From: Candidatus Pacearchaeota archaeon
GTDB taxonomy: Archaea; Nanobdellota; Nanobdellia; Pacearchaeales; JAPDKA01
Assembly: GCA_038817835.1 (NCBI GenBank)
Contig: JAWAZI010000005.1
Coordinates: 1-51,807 of the forward strand
Direction: 5' to 3'
DNA length: 51,807 nucleotides
Numbering within the stretch: the stretch's first letter is position 1; each line of letters starts with the position of its first letter. The notes beneath the pieces are model-generated. The model was not told the DNA's origin. It was given only the letters and a program-made list of their open reading frames with translations, and did no database searches. Both the position numbers and the translations under genes were made by a program. Positions 8,963 to 18,348 of this stretch are shown one piece after another.

Positions 8963-11411
8963 GTAATTTTTTTTGTTTTTTTCCTTCTATAATGTCTTTT
9001 GATGTTATTCCAAAGATAGAGAAAATACTCTCAATAGCAGGAACAATTTGATTATTTATATAATAATTTACATCATATTCTTTATTTTCAACTTCAGAAG
9101 GCATTTTAACTTTTTCTCTTATTTTTGCTTTTTCAGATTTTTCACATACCACCCATTCTATTAAACTTCCAGCCCTTACTGGAATTCCTGCTTTTTGCAT
9201 TCTTCTTGCAATTTCTACATGTGGGGTATGTGCTTCATATTCTTCAATTTCTTTTTTTAATTGACTTCTTATTATAAGATCTTTAACATCAATCTCTTTT
9301 TTTCTTAATTTTTTTATAATATCTTCAACATAACTTAATGCTTTTTCATATTTTCCTTCTTTGAGTATGCTCTCTATAACATAATTTTGTACTTTTTTTG
9401 CTAAATCACACCAATCTCTTCTTACAGTTTCAAATCCCCTTATTTTTAGCTCATTTTTTTCATTTATCATTGCATATTTTTTCTTTGCACCAATTTCTCC
9501 TTTCCTTGTTGTAACAAAAATTACTCTTTTGTAAAAATCTTCAAGTTCAAGTTCCATATCTTTTGGTAGTTCTTCATTAACTTTTTTTAACCATTTTATT
9601 GCAGATTCTTTTGTTTTTTCTTTTAATAAAACAGCTAAACTATCAGTATCAGCATATATAACATCAAAATTTTCTTTTTTTGCTTTTTTTATCATTTCAC
9701 TTATATGCCATCTACCCAATGCAGTAACACTAGCTGCACATTCTCTGCTATAATATCTTGCTCCAAAAAAACCAAAATAACCATAATGTGCATTTGCTAA
9801 TGTTTTTAATGCCAAATCCCTAGCTTCTAAAAATGGATTGGGATTTTTCTTTTTTTCTTCCTTTACTTTTTTTCTAGTTTCTATAAGCCTTTTTAATAAT
9901 ATAGGTATAAATCCAGGATCTTCTTCAAAATAAAATTTAACTTTTTTTCCATCAAGTTCAAATTCTGGTGTTGAGTATTTTGTTTTTTTATTTGTTATTG
10001 TTCCTGGACTAATATTATAGCTAATTATAATACTCGGATATAGACTTCTAAAGTCAAACATAGCTATATTCTCATATATGCCGGGCTTAGGTTCAAGTAC
10101 AAATGCTCCTACATATTTTGGCATTAACTTTCTTTTTTCAATAACATCACTAAAAGGCCTATGCTCTATAATTTCATCAAACTCTTTTAAATTATGTATA
10201 ATATAATATTCAACAAGCTGACTATAACTGCTTCTAGTTGTTACTTCTAGAGGTTCTTTAACTATTCTACTTAACTCTAGCATTTGTGGCCAAAGTTTAT
10301 GGAATATTTTATAAACTAGGATAGAATCTTGTAAATTATATTCTGCAAATTTTTTTAATTCTTTATGATTTTTTATAACTTCAAAATCTATCTTTATTTT
10401 TTCTTCTCCTATCAATTCTTTTGCTACAGTATTTAATGTTAAAGTTTCTGTTTTTAGAGATGGTGCAACAAAATTTTCTATAAATCTAAATAAATCTATA
10501 TGGGCTATTCCGCCTTTGCTTTCTGCACTACTAATTTTTCCTTTTTTTAATGTTATCTCACTTTCATCTAAGCTTAGAGTTAGCTTTATTTTATGTTTTT
10601 TTGATCTTGCTTTTAAGTATGGCATATCAAAACCATCAGAGAAATAACCAACAATATAGTCTGGTTTTTCTTTTTTTACAATTTCTATAAATTTTTTTAT
10701 TAGTTCTTCTTCATTTTTAACAAATTCTATCCATTTATCTTCTGTTTCAAATTTTTTTGATGTTAAAACTTTTTTTATATTATCATTATAAATACTTATC
10801 ATAACTATTTCTCCTTTTCCAACTTCGAATTCTGTTGCTTCTATATCAAAAGCAAGAATTTTTGGTTGATAATTATCATCATTAATTTTTTTTATTTCTT
10901 TTAAAAATCCAAAAATATCTACTGAAGGTTTTTTTATTTTTTTTGTTATTTCATTTTCTTCAATTTCGGCTTGATAATAATATAATGGTTGAATATCTTT
11001 TTCTATGATATAATGGGTAATAAAATTTATATCATCATGCTTATGTTCGTGCTCTTTGATCCCTTTTAAAACTTTTATTCTATCTTTTAAAGGAATTATA
11101 TCTTTATGATTGTATGTATATATTTTTAATGCTTTAACTTTTTTTCCATTTAAATTTTTTTCAACAAACTCAACTTTTTTTGGCTTAACAATTCTTTTTG
11201 CATGTTCAAAACTAATTGATTTTATCTCATTAATCAAATTTTCTATTTCTTTTTCTTTCAATTTTTCATCAATTAAATGATAATAATATTTTTCACATTC
11301 ATCAATTATACAAACTATTTTGTTATCCTTAGTTCTTCCCCATAATCTTATATAGTCAATATTATCAATATCAATATAATCTATTTGAGTTATAAAAAAT
11401 TCAACTTTCAT
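8952..11411 (-). CDS. polB: Family B DNA polymerase, intein-free
   Basis: Exo AFDIE, FDMPYL, YNLQD; pol DFRSLYPSII, KTLANAHYGY, YADTDS; C-terminal PIP-like QKKLLEF. Confidence 0.97.
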   Translation of the reverse strand: MKVEFFITQIDYIDIDNIDYIRLWGRTKDNKIVCIIDECEKYYYHLIDEKLKEKEIENLINEIKSISFEHAKRIVKPKKVEFVEKNLNGKKVKALKIYTYNHKDIIPLKDRIKVLKGIKEHEHKHDDINFITHYIIEKDIQPLYYYQAEIEENEITKKIKKPSVDIFGFLKEIKKINDDNYQPKILAFDIEATEFEVGKGEIVMISIYNDNIKKVLTSKKFETEDKWIEFVKNEEELIKKFIEIVKKEKPDYIVGYFSDGFDMPYLKARSKKHKIKLTLSLDESEITLKKGKISSAESKGGIAHIDLFRFIENFVAPSLKTETLTLNTVAKELIGEEKIKIDFEVIKNHKELKKFAEYNLQDSILVYKIFHKLWPQMLELSRIVKEPLEVTTRSSYSQLVEYYIIHNLKEFDEIIEHRPFSDVIEKRKLMPKYVGAFVLEPKPGIYENIAMFDFRSLYPSIIISYNISPGTITNKKTKYSTPEFELDGKKVKFYFEEDPGFIPILLKRLIETRKKVKEEKKKNPNPFLEARDLALKTLANAHYGYFGFFGARYYSRECAASVTALGRWHISEMIKKAKKENFDVIYADTDSLAVLLKEKTKESAIKWLKKVNEELPKDMELELEDFYKRVIFVTTRKGEIGAKKKYAMINEKNELKIRGFETVRRDWCDLAKKVQNYVIESILKEGKYEKALSYVEDIIKKLRKKEIDVKDLIIRSQLKKEIEEYEAHTPHVEIARRMQKAGIPVRAGSLIEWVVCEKSEKAKIREKVKMPSEVENKEYDVNYYINNQIVPAIESIFSIFGITSKDIIEGKKQKKLLEF

Positions 11412-11680
11412 ATTAAAAAATATCTTAAAATTTTAAATATTTTATTTTATAACAAAATCGAAAAATTTAATTATCATCAAACAAATAAATCTCAAAGAAT
11501 TAAATCCTAATCCAAAATTATTTGAAGTTTATTATATCAATCAAATCATTAAAATCAATATAAAGTTTTCTATCTTGTATTCAAATTTTTAACTTTTTAA
11601 ATTTAGTTTGAATGATTATTCTCATAACTATTTTTTAGAATCTTAAAAAAATATAAAAATAATAAGGTTATTAAAAATTA

Positions 11681-12709
11681 ATGGGTGTTGACATAGGCAA
11701 GATTGTGCCAAAGCATGAAGTAAGTTTAGATTCTTTAAATGGAAAGATAATTGTTATAGATGCCTTTAATGCTTTATATCAATTTCTTGCTAATATAAGA
11801 CAACCAGATGGAACTCCTTTAATGGATAGAAAAGGCAATATAACAAGTCATTTGAGTGGACTTTATTATAGAACTTTAAATCTTTTAATGAAAGGTATAA
11901 AGCCAGTATTTGTTTTTGATGGCAAAAGTCCAGAGGAAAAATATGCAGAAAAAGAAAAAAGAGAAAAAATGAAAGAAGAAGCAAGAAAGAAATATTTAGA
12001 AGCTATAGAAAAAGAAGAACTCGAAGAAGCAGCAAAATATGCTAAGCAAACAATAAAATTAACCAAAGATATGGTTGATGAATCTAAAGAATTAATTGAA
12101 GCTATAGGATTAAGCTATATTCAAGCTCCTAGTGAGGGGGAAGCACAAGCAGCTTATATGGCAAAAGTAGATAAAAATATTTATGCAATAGCAAGTCAAG
12201 ATTATGATTCATTACTTTTTGGAGCTCCGAGAATAGTGAGAAATTTAACATTAGCAAAAAAAAGAAAATTAGCTAGTGGTGCAACAATGCCAATAAATCC
12301 TGAAATTATAGAACTTGATGAGGTTTTAAATTTTTTACAAATAGATTTAGATAGACTTATTTGTTTAGGTATTATAGTTGGTACAGATTTTAATCCTGGC
12401 ATAAAAGGGATTGGTCCTAAAAAAGCTTTAAGGATAGTACATCAATTTAAAGCACCTATTCAAATTTTTAATTATATAGAAAAAAATTATGGATTAGATT
12501 TTGATTGGCAAAATATTTTTGAAATTTTTAAGAAACCAAATGTTAATAAAAATTTTAGTTATTCATTCAAAAAACCAAATAAAGAAAAAATAATAGAAAT
12601 TTTATGTGAGAATCATGATTTTTCTGAGGAAAGAGTAGTTCATGCATTGGAAAAGTTAGAAAAATCTAAAGAAGAATCAACTCAAGAAAGTTTAAAGAAG
12701 TGGTTTTAG
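11681..12709 (+). CDS. fen: Flap endonuclease 1
   Basis: IDAFNALYQFL, PVFVFDG, APSEGEAQAA, SQDYDSLLFG, GTDFNPGIKGIGPK; PIP box QESLKKWF. Confidence 0.97.
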   Translation: MGVDIGKIVPKHEVSLDSLNGKIIVIDAFNALYQFLANIRQPDGTPLMDRKGNITSHLSGLYYRTLNLLMKGIKPVFVFDGKSPEEKYAEKEKREKMKEEARKKYLEAIEKEELEEAAKYAKQTIKLTKDMVDESKELIEAIGLSYIQAPSEGEAQAAYMAKVDKNIYAIASQDYDSLLFGAPRIVRNLTLAKKRKLASGATMPINPEIIELDEVLNFLQIDLDRLICLGIIVGTDFNPGIKGIGPKKALRIVHQFKAPIQIFNYIEKNYGLDFDWQNIFEIFKKPNVNKNFSYSFKKPNKEKIIEILCENHDFSEERVVHALEKLEKSKEESTQESLKKWF

Positions 12710-13249
12710 AGAAACAAAAAAATAATTTCTATAAGGATAAATATTCAATTTTATTTTTAATTCATTTGCAACTATTTTTAAAACTTCTGCTTGATATTTA
12801 TTTAAAGAATTAAATATATATTGATTTTTTCTTTTTTTTGAGATAATACACATTCCATCAAAAATACCTTTTGCAAAATCATGATTTATATATTTTTCTA
12901 ATTTTGAGGCATTATTTTTAAAACCAATATTTTTTAGAAAATCTCCAAGCTCTTTACAGCTTTTATAAATATAATAACCTCTCAAGTTAAATTCTTTTTC
13001 ATTTATTTTAATTTTTTTCTCTTTATTATTTTTTATTTTTACTTCTATATCAAAATTATTTTCTAATAAACTTTTTATTTCATATATAATATTATTAAAT
13101 TTTTCTTTACAATAAATCTCTAATACCGAATCTTTTCTATTTTTTATTTTATCTTTTTTATCTACTAAATTACCAAAAATAACGAGTAAACCAAATAATT
13201 TTCCAAAATTATAATCAAATTTTAGAATTTTTATATGGATTTTTTCCAT
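12692..13249 (-). CDS. Stand-alone LAGLIDADG/DOD-fold protein with degenerate catalytic motifs
   Basis: FGKLFGLLVIFGNL and DFAKGIFDGMCII resemble the two LAGLIDADG helices about 100 aa apart; SLNKYQAEVLKIVANELKI resembles DOD block H. Confidence 0.55.
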   Translation of the reverse strand: MEKIHIKILKFDYNFGKLFGLLVIFGNLVDKKDKIKNRKDSVLEIYCKEKFNNIIYEIKSLLENNFDIEVKIKNNKEKKIKINEKEFNLRGYYIYKSCKELGDFLKNIGFKNNASKLEKYINHDFAKGIFDGMCIISKKRKNQYIFNSLNKYQAEVLKIVANELKIKLNIYPYRNYFFVSLKPLL

Positions 13250-13285
13250 ATAATATTTAAAAATTTTAATTTTTTATTTTTTACA

Positions 13286-14077
13286 ATGTATGAACAAATT
13301 GGAAATATTGCTTTATTGAATGTTAAAGGAAAAAATATAAAAGAGATAAAAAAAATTGCAAAGGAAATTTTAAAGAAGAATAAAAATATAAAAACAGTTT
13401 TAATTAAAGAGGAAAAATTTAAGGGTAGATTAAGAAAAGCTAAATATAAAGTTATTGAAGGAGAGAAAAATTTTGAGACATTATATAGAGAAAATGGTTG
13501 CACTTTTAAGCTAAATCTTAAAGACGTTTATTTTTCTTCAAGACTTGCAACAAATAGGCTATGGGTAGCAAAAAAAATTTTCGATTTAATTAAAATAAAA
13601 AAAATTAAGAATCCAAAAATTCTTGTATGTTTTTCTGGTATTGGAATTTATGGAATTGTTATAGCAAAATTTCTAAAACAAAATAATATAGATTATAAAA
13701 TTACTATGGTTGAAATAAATAAAAAAGCAAACAAATATGCATTAGAAAATATTTCACTTAATAAGCTTGAGAATATAAAAGTTTTGCAAGGAGATGTAAA
13801 AAAAATATTGCCTCAACTTGAAAAATTTAATTTTATAATTATGCCAAGACCAAAGATTGGTTATGATTTTTTTAAAGAAGCTTTTATAAATGCAAGGAAA
13901 GGCAGTATAATTTTTTATTTTGATTTTATTAATGAGGAAGAAATAAATAATGAAAAAATAAAGCTTGAAGAAAAATCAAAAAAATTAAATAAAAAAATAA
14001 AAATTTTAGAAATAAAAAAAGCAGGACAAATTGGAGTGAGAAAATGGCGTATTGTTACAGTTTTTGAAGTAAAATAA
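13286..14077 (+). CDS. trm5: Trm5/Met10+-like tRNA methyltransferase (Trm5a/Taw22-like, no D1 domain); start revised to 13286
   Basis: YEQIGNIA, YRENGCTF, VYFSSRL, CFSGIG SAM motif, VEIN, IMPRPK. Confidence 0.75.
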   Translation: MYEQIGNIALLNVKGKNIKEIKKIAKEILKKNKNIKTVLIKEEKFKGRLRKAKYKVIEGEKNFETLYRENGCTFKLNLKDVYFSSRLATNRLWVAKKIFDLIKIKKIKNPKILVCFSGIGIYGIVIAKFLKQNNIDYKITMVEINKKANKYALENISLNKLENIKVLQGDVKKILPQLEKFNFIIMPRPKIGYDFFKEAFINARKGSIIFYFDFINEEEINNEKIKLEEKSKKLNKKIKILEIKKAGQIGVRKWRIVTVFEVK

Positions 14078-14080
14078 AAT

Positions 14081-15388
14081 TTATTCTCTTTTTTCAATTT
14101 TTACTGAAGTAGGAGATTCGCCACCATGCCAAGTAAAACGTGGCCTAATTCTAATGCTATAAATTCTTTCACTATTATCATCTAAAACTATAGCAGATCC
14201 TCTATAGCGTGGCAAATTATTCATATAAGCTATAATATCCTCAGCAAGATAACTTTGCATTATTTCACTTAAAGCATCTAAATCAGGCTTTGCAGTGAGT
14301 CTATGGCTTATTATTATATCAGCTTGAGTTATTGCATCACTATGCAGTTTTCCTGGTTGTTGTGTTGCAAAAACAATGCTTATGCCAGGCTGTCTTCCTT
14401 CTCGCAAAAGCTGTATTAAAGCATCTGTTGCAGCTGTCTTGCCTTCTTTAGGCAAAAATTCATGCATTTCATCAATAAATATCCAAACAAGTGGAAGTTC
14501 TCTTTTTTTAAAAGCCAAATATTCCATACCTTTTCTAACAGCTTCAATTTCTTCAAGCTTTCTTGCAAGCATTCTTTCATTAAAAAGCTTTTTGCATATA
14601 AGACCTATAACAAGAGCCCTAACATTATAAACACCAACACTACTATACATACTTAAATCAATTACAGTTGTTGTTCCAGCTTCGATTAATTCTCTTGTTG
14701 TTGTTGCTTTCTCATTTTTGCTTGCAAATATACCCCAAGCTTTTGCAGAATTAAAAAGATTTATTGCAGCAAGCTTATGTTGATTTTCTACTTCGCTATC
14801 TGATTTTATTTCTTCAATTATATCGTCGATATCGTAATTTTCTTTTTCTTTTTTTAGTTTTATTATTGCTTTTTGTATTGCTATACCAACAGGATCAATA
14901 AAACTTAAATTAAAAGTTATTAACCAATCTTCATGACTAACATCAGGGACGCTTAAAGCAAATGGTAATATTTTGCCTATACCTTTTTTAATAAATTCAT
15001 CGTAATAAGTATATGGCACAAAAACTCTAACTGGCAAATTTTTTGGTTTTAATTGCCATTCTCTAAGCAAATCAACTTCTTTATCATTTCTATAAGCCAT
15101 GCTCCAGTAAATTCCCATTGTATCAAAAATAAGTGGTGCTATATTTTCTTTAACTTCAGGAGGCATATCTGTTATACCTTCTGCAATAACACCAAGAGTA
15201 TAACTTTTTCCACTCCCACGCTTACCGCAAACCATAATAACATGATTTCTTGCAATATCAAGAAATACAGGATTGCTTAAATTAACAAGATGTTCCATTT
15301 TAACCCAAAGTTTGCCAATAGGAATTAACCCTTTATCACCAAATATTTTTTTATCTTCTTCACTTCTTCCTATCCATATATCGGGCAT
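14081..15388 (-). CDS. HerA/FtsK superfamily (DUF87-like) P-loop ATPase
   Basis: Walker A GKRGSGKS, FDTMGIY, Walker B WIFIDEMH, REGRQPGISIVFATQQP. Confidence 0.85.
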   Translation of the reverse strand: MPDIWIGRSEEDKKIFGDKGLIPIGKLWVKMEHLVNLSNPVFLDIARNHVIMVCGKRGSGKSYTLGVIAEGITDMPPEVKENIAPLIFDTMGIYWSMAYRNDKEVDLLREWQLKPKNLPVRVFVPYTYYDEFIKKGIGKILPFALSVPDVSHEDWLITFNLSFIDPVGIAIQKAIIKLKKEKENYDIDDIIEEIKSDSEVENQHKLAAINLFNSAKAWGIFASKNEKATTTRELIEAGTTTVIDLSMYSSVGVYNVRALVIGLICKKLFNERMLARKLEEIEAVRKGMEYLAFKKRELPLVWIFIDEMHEFLPKEGKTAATDALIQLLREGRQPGISIVFATQQPGKLHSDAITQADIIISHRLTAKPDLDALSEIMQSYLAEDIIAYMNNLPRYRGSAIVLDDNSERIYSIRIRPRFTWHGGESPTSVKIEKRE

Positions 15389-15389
15389 A

Positions 15390-15929
15390 TTATTTTTTTC
15401 TTTTTATCTTTAAATTTTTAATTATTAATGCTATTCCATAACCTATAAAACATCCAACAAAAAAATCACTAAAATAATGATAACCAAAATATATTCTTGA
15501 TATACCAATAATTAAACTTATTATTAGCCAAATATAATAAAAATTATTTGATAAAAATGGTAATAAACTAAACATTATCGCTGAATGAGCACTAGGAAAA
15601 GATTTTCCAATATAAAATCCTTCAATAGGCCTTTCTCTTGATATTAAAAATTTTATCAAAAATACAATAATAATCGTTAATAATAAACTTATTGTCTCTT
15701 TCTTAAGTTTGCTTCTTTTTTTTCTATTTAAATAACTAAAACAAGCTAAAATCAATATAATTAAAGTTATATAGCTATATTGTTCTTTGAATGGAATTAG
15801 TAATATATCTAGAAATTTTATTTTTGTGAATTTTAAATTATCTAAAAATAAAAAAGATATTATTGCTAAAATTAACGTAGAGATTAAAATTACCAAATCC
15901 CTTTCTTTTAAAAACTTTAAAAATTTCAT
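15390..15929 (-). CDS. PAP2 family membrane phosphatase (lipid-pyrophosphate phosphatase-like)
   Basis: KFLISRERP, SFPSAHS, SRIYFGYHYFSD; several TM helices. Confidence 0.9.
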   Translation of the reverse strand: MKFLKFLKERDLVILISTLILAIISFLFLDNLKFTKIKFLDILLIPFKEQYSYITLIILILACFSYLNRKKRSKLKKETISLLLTIIIVFLIKFLISRERPIEGFYIGKSFPSAHSAIMFSLLPFLSNNFYYIWLIISLIIGISRIYFGYHYFSDFFVGCFIGYGIALIIKNLKIKRKK

Positions 15930-15973
15930 AATATTGAAAACAAACTTTTAAATAAAAATTTTTTTAATAAACT

Positions 15974-16906
15974 ATGGGATGCATATATTGCAATAATAAT
16001 CCTGTATATATAGATATTAGTGGTAAGAAATTTTGTGGGAAGCATTTTATTAGATTATATGAAAAAAAAATAATAAGGACTATAAATAAATTTAAACTAA
16101 TAAACAAAAATGATAAAATAATTGTTGCTGTTTCTGGTGGTAAAGATAGTATGGCACTATTTTATTTTTTATCAAATTATTGTAAAGAAAGAAATATAGA
16201 TATTCAAGCACTAACAATTGATGAGGGAATAAAAGAAGAAAATAAAAAAATTTCATATATAAAAAAATATGCTAAAGATTTTGGAGTTAGATTAAATATT
16301 AAAAGCTATAAAGATGAATTTGGTTTTAGTTTAGATGATATTGCTAAATTAATAAAAGAGAAGAAAATTAATTATACTACTTGCTATGTTTGTGGTGTTT
16401 TGAGAAGATGGCTAATAAACAAATATGCTTTTAAACTTGGAGCAACAAAATTAGCTACAGGACATTGTCTCAATGATGAAGCCCAAACAGTAATAATAAA
16501 TTTTCTGAAAGGTAATGCATCTTTACTTGCTAGAGGAGGAGTTTTATCAGGCATTAAAACTAGAAAAAAATTTGTTCAAAGAATAAAACCATTATATTTT
16601 TGTAGTGAAAAAGAAAATAATATTTATTGTTCATTAAAAAAAATAAATACTATAACAGGAAAATGTAAATATATTAATAGTTATAGATTAAATGTTAGAA
16701 ATTTTTTAAATGATTTTGAAGAGAAACATAGAGGAACTTATTATGCTATAATTAATACATATCTTGAAATTTTACCTTTATTAAAAACAAAATATAAAGA
16801 TGAATCAGAAGAATTAAATTATTGTTCTATTTGTGATTTTCCTTCTTCTGGAGAAATTTGTAGTGCATGTAAATTAATTAACGAAATTAAAAAATATATA
16901 AAATAG
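15974..16906 (+). CDS. TtuA/NcsA (Ncs6) family tRNA 2-thiouridine synthetase
   Basis: N-terminal CxxC..CxxH Zn finger, PP-loop SGGKDS, CYVCGVLRR, GHCLNDE, RIKPL, C-terminal CSIC..CSAC. Confidence 0.9.
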   Translation: MGCIYCNNNPVYIDISGKKFCGKHFIRLYEKKIIRTINKFKLINKNDKIIVAVSGGKDSMALFYFLSNYCKERNIDIQALTIDEGIKEENKKISYIKKYAKDFGVRLNIKSYKDEFGFSLDDIAKLIKEKKINYTTCYVCGVLRRWLINKYAFKLGATKLATGHCLNDEAQTVIINFLKGNASLLARGGVLSGIKTRKKFVQRIKPLYFCSEKENNIYCSLKKINTITGKCKYINSYRLNVRNFLNDFEEKHRGTYYAIINTYLEILPLLKTKYKDESEELNYCSICDFPSSGEICSACKLINEIKKYIK

Positions 16907-16940
16907 AAATATTTTTAAATCGAGATTTTTTTCATAAAAA

Positions 16941-18329
16941 ATGAAGAAATATGTTAATAAAGTACTTTTAGCTTTAGCTATATTGATTTTTATTAGTTTA
17001 ATTATATTTATAATTTTCAAACTTTCTTCACAAAAAACAGGAACTAAGCAAGAAACATTGCTTTATACTGTTGAATATTCTATATATGTAGATGGCCAAG
17101 TTTATGATAATGGAATAAAAAGCTTTCTTGATGGGGAAGCAACAAGTAGTTTTGGATTTAAAAAAAATATTGATGATTTATTCATAGATGTTTCTAATGG
17201 AAAAGAATTTAATATTAGTTTAAAAGCTAGTGAAGCTTATGGAGAATATGACGAAAGTTTAAGAGAAATTGTTGAAGCCACAATTAAACAAAAGAGAATT
17301 TTAGAAATTCCATTTAGAGATAACATGACAAGAGATGAATTTATTGAAAATTTTAATTCAGAACCATTAGTCAATCATAGTTATGAAACTATTCTTTTTC
17401 CAATAAAAGTAATTTCTGTTAAAGAGGGTATAGTTGAATATGTTTTTGATGTTAAGATTGGAGATAAAACAAATAAAAATGAACTTGGTTTTTGGTTCGA
17501 TGTTGCAGATATTGATGAAGAAAAAAATATATTAAAATTAAGAATGAATAATGAAAATAAACAAATTCCAGAACCAAATGGTTATGGTTTATTAAATATT
17601 TCTATTGATGAAGATTATATTTATTTTACTTTAATACCAAAGTTAAATGAAGAAATAGAATGGAATAATAAATTTGGTAGAGTTGTAAGTTTTAATGATA
17701 GTTTTATAGTTTTAGATAATAATCATCCTCTTGCAGGAAAAGATATAGTTTTATATATAAAAATATTAAATATATCAAAACAAGGTTTTGTTTTTGATGT
17801 TTTCATAATGAGTTATTGTCCATTTGGTATCCAATTTGTTAAAGCTTTATTACCAGTTTGGAGAGAATTTAAAGATATTGCAGATATAAATGTTAGATTT
17901 GTTAGTTATACTATGCATGGACAAAAAGAGGAAGAAGAAAATAAAAGAATGATTTGTATAAGAGAAGAAGAAAAAAATAAATTTATAGATTATTTAGATT
18001 GTTTTACTCTATCAGCAGATGCTGAAACTTGTATGAGAAAAGCTAATATAAATATAAAAAAGATTAATGAGTGTATGGAAAAAAGAGCTAAGAAATATCT
18101 AGATTATGATGCAGAGTTAAATAAAAAATATAAAGTTCTTGGTAGTCCAACAGTAGTAATAAATGGAAAAATAGTAGAAGTTTCAAGGAGTCCAGCTGCA
18201 ATTGCTAGAGTTATATGTAGTTATTTCAAGGAAAAACCTAAAGAATGTTCATTAGAATTTTCAGAACAAATTGCTTCTCCTGGATTTGGTAGTGGTATTG
18301 GTAATAATGTAGGAGGAAGTTGTAGATAA
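16941..18329 (+). CDS. Membrane-anchored fusion: long-type FKBP/SlyD-like PPIase with large insert + thioredoxin-fold (GILT/DsbA-like) domain
   Basis: N-terminal TM; SEAYGE and DNNHPLAGKDI FKBP hallmarks about 190 aa apart; FIMSYCPFG, HGQKEEEENKRMIC, GSPTVVING. Confidence 0.7.
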   Translation: MKKYVNKVLLALAILIFISLIIFIIFKLSSQKTGTKQETLLYTVEYSIYVDGQVYDNGIKSFLDGEATSSFGFKKNIDDLFIDVSNGKEFNISLKASEAYGEYDESLREIVEATIKQKRILEIPFRDNMTRDEFIENFNSEPLVNHSYETILFPIKVISVKEGIVEYVFDVKIGDKTNKNELGFWFDVADIDEEKNILKLRMNNENKQIPEPNGYGLLNISIDEDYIYFTLIPKLNEEIEWNNKFGRVVSFNDSFIVLDNNHPLAGKDIVLYIKILNISKQGFVFDVFIMSYCPFGIQFVKALLPVWREFKDIADINVRFVSYTMHGQKEEEENKRMICIREEEKNKFIDYLDCFTLSADAETCMRKANINIKKINECMEKRAKKYLDYDAELNKKYKVLGSPTVVINGKIVEVSRSPAAIARVICSYFKEKPKECSLEFSEQIASPGFGSGIGNNVGGSCR

Positions 18330-18348
18330 AATTTTATTATTTTTAAAT

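Noticed and set aside
11412-11680. 269-nt AT-rich polB/fen spacer as replication origin or hidden small gene
   Set aside because: No ORB-like G-string boxes and no orc1/cdc6 nearby; the only long frame (about 52 codons, + strand) has no start codon
13235-13285. Track's longer start for trm5
   Set aside because: Overlaps the start of the divergent gene and reads through promoter-like AT sequence; the family motif starts at MYEQIG (13286)
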